A stretch of 63,927 nucleotides of DNA, the filler included, from Squatina squatina (taxonomy: Eukaryota): NCBI GenBank assembly GCA_031763465.1. It is 4 parts of 4 records of this genome, joined end to end, with 100 filler letters (N's around TTAATTAATTAA, not from the genome) between each part and the next. Parts side by side here need not be neighbours in the genome. Positions count along the whole stretch, not along the records: positions 50,732 to 63,927 come from JARFOE010000004.1; 3 more parts are not named here. The stretch is one strand, 5' to 3'. A program made the translations under genes and the position numbers. Below the pieces are notes generated by a model. The model did not search any database. It was not told the origin of the DNA and worked only from the letters and a program-made list of their open reading frames with translations. This document shows, piece after piece, positions 63,133 through 63,927 of the stretch (the stretch's first letter is position 1; each line of letters begins with the position of its first letter).

Positions 63133-63927
63133 CAGATGGTATGTTATGAATAAACATAGCTATTTGAGTGCCACATTGCCATTACTTGCACTATTGTCCT
63201 TGTGCACAACCATATTGTTGATGTAATTAATTATGTAGTGGTAACAGTGCCTCCTGGGCTTGAACTTGGCAAATATAAAAATACAGAAAAGGAAAAGAAA
63301 GTGGCATTTAAAGAGTTAAAGGCACTAATATGGTGCTTTAAAAGCCTAGAATCAAATGATATAAACATAATTGATTGTAGCTTGTAATTACTCGACAAAA
63401 ATTTTCCCTAATTGCAGCACAATAATTAACTCAGTAGATCACAGTGAGAATGCTGCACATTTCACTCCAGGAGCTATACTCCTTGAAGGTTTCACACTAT
63501 AAAACGGAGCATTGTTCGCTGCAGGACCACCTGTTAGTAGAACACAGAATGCATTTTCGGTCAGTTGGTGCCTGTTTCTCCTCAGCTCCAGCAACACCCA
63601 GGTGTTTTCATAGCAGCCCTTGTGCAGTGATTTTGGAACCCAGTCCAATTCCTGTTTGCTTCACTCTCGCTTTCCTGAGGTGTCAAATATCGAGAACCTG
63701 TTCTAAATGCCAAGCTAAGCAAAAAAAGTGACTGCCAGAATAAATGTTTTTTTGTTCCATCTTGGCCTTTTTAATAATTAGCAAAGCAGTATATAAAAAA
63801 CAGGTAACTCAGTACTCACTGAACAGAGGGAAATTTTGGCAAAGGATGTAAAGCTGGCAGTTTTTCAGGGTGTTTACAGAGAAATGAACTGGTGTACAGC
63901 TCTGTATTACCCACAACACAGGTCAGT

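Noticed and set aside
63439-63530. Minus-strand acceptor followed by GGPAANNAPFYSVKPSRSIAPGVKCAAFSL*
   Set aside because: Unrecognised and unsupported by other exons.

Overview
Eukaryotic vertebrate DNA, most likely a cartilaginous fish (inferred from DeuSINE, CR1, L2 and Penelope-type repeats). It comes from a fragmented draft assembly, not one contiguous locus: four scaffolds are joined by artificial N44-TTAATTAATTAA-N44 linkers (21618-21717, 36278-36377, 50632-50731), and each is made of short contigs separated mostly by nominal 100-N gaps. Recognisable coding exons: VPS13D (1 exon), ABHD17A (3, minus), ECSIT (1), RNF6 (terminal exon in two pieces), ATP8A2 (5) and SPTLC1 (5, minus). The last scaffold has no gene I can recognise. 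The best leads are a Vingi-like LINE with an 11-bp TSD nested in a DeuSINE, two related symmetric repeat exons of an unidentified gene, a short Penelope-like insertion with a 14-bp TSD and hammerhead-like remnant, two decayed Harbinger-type Myb/SANT genes, and an ~85-bp local duplication inside a CR1 tail. I see no convincing novel multi-gene system. Gene and repeat names are from recall, not from database searches, and repeat boundaries are approximate.
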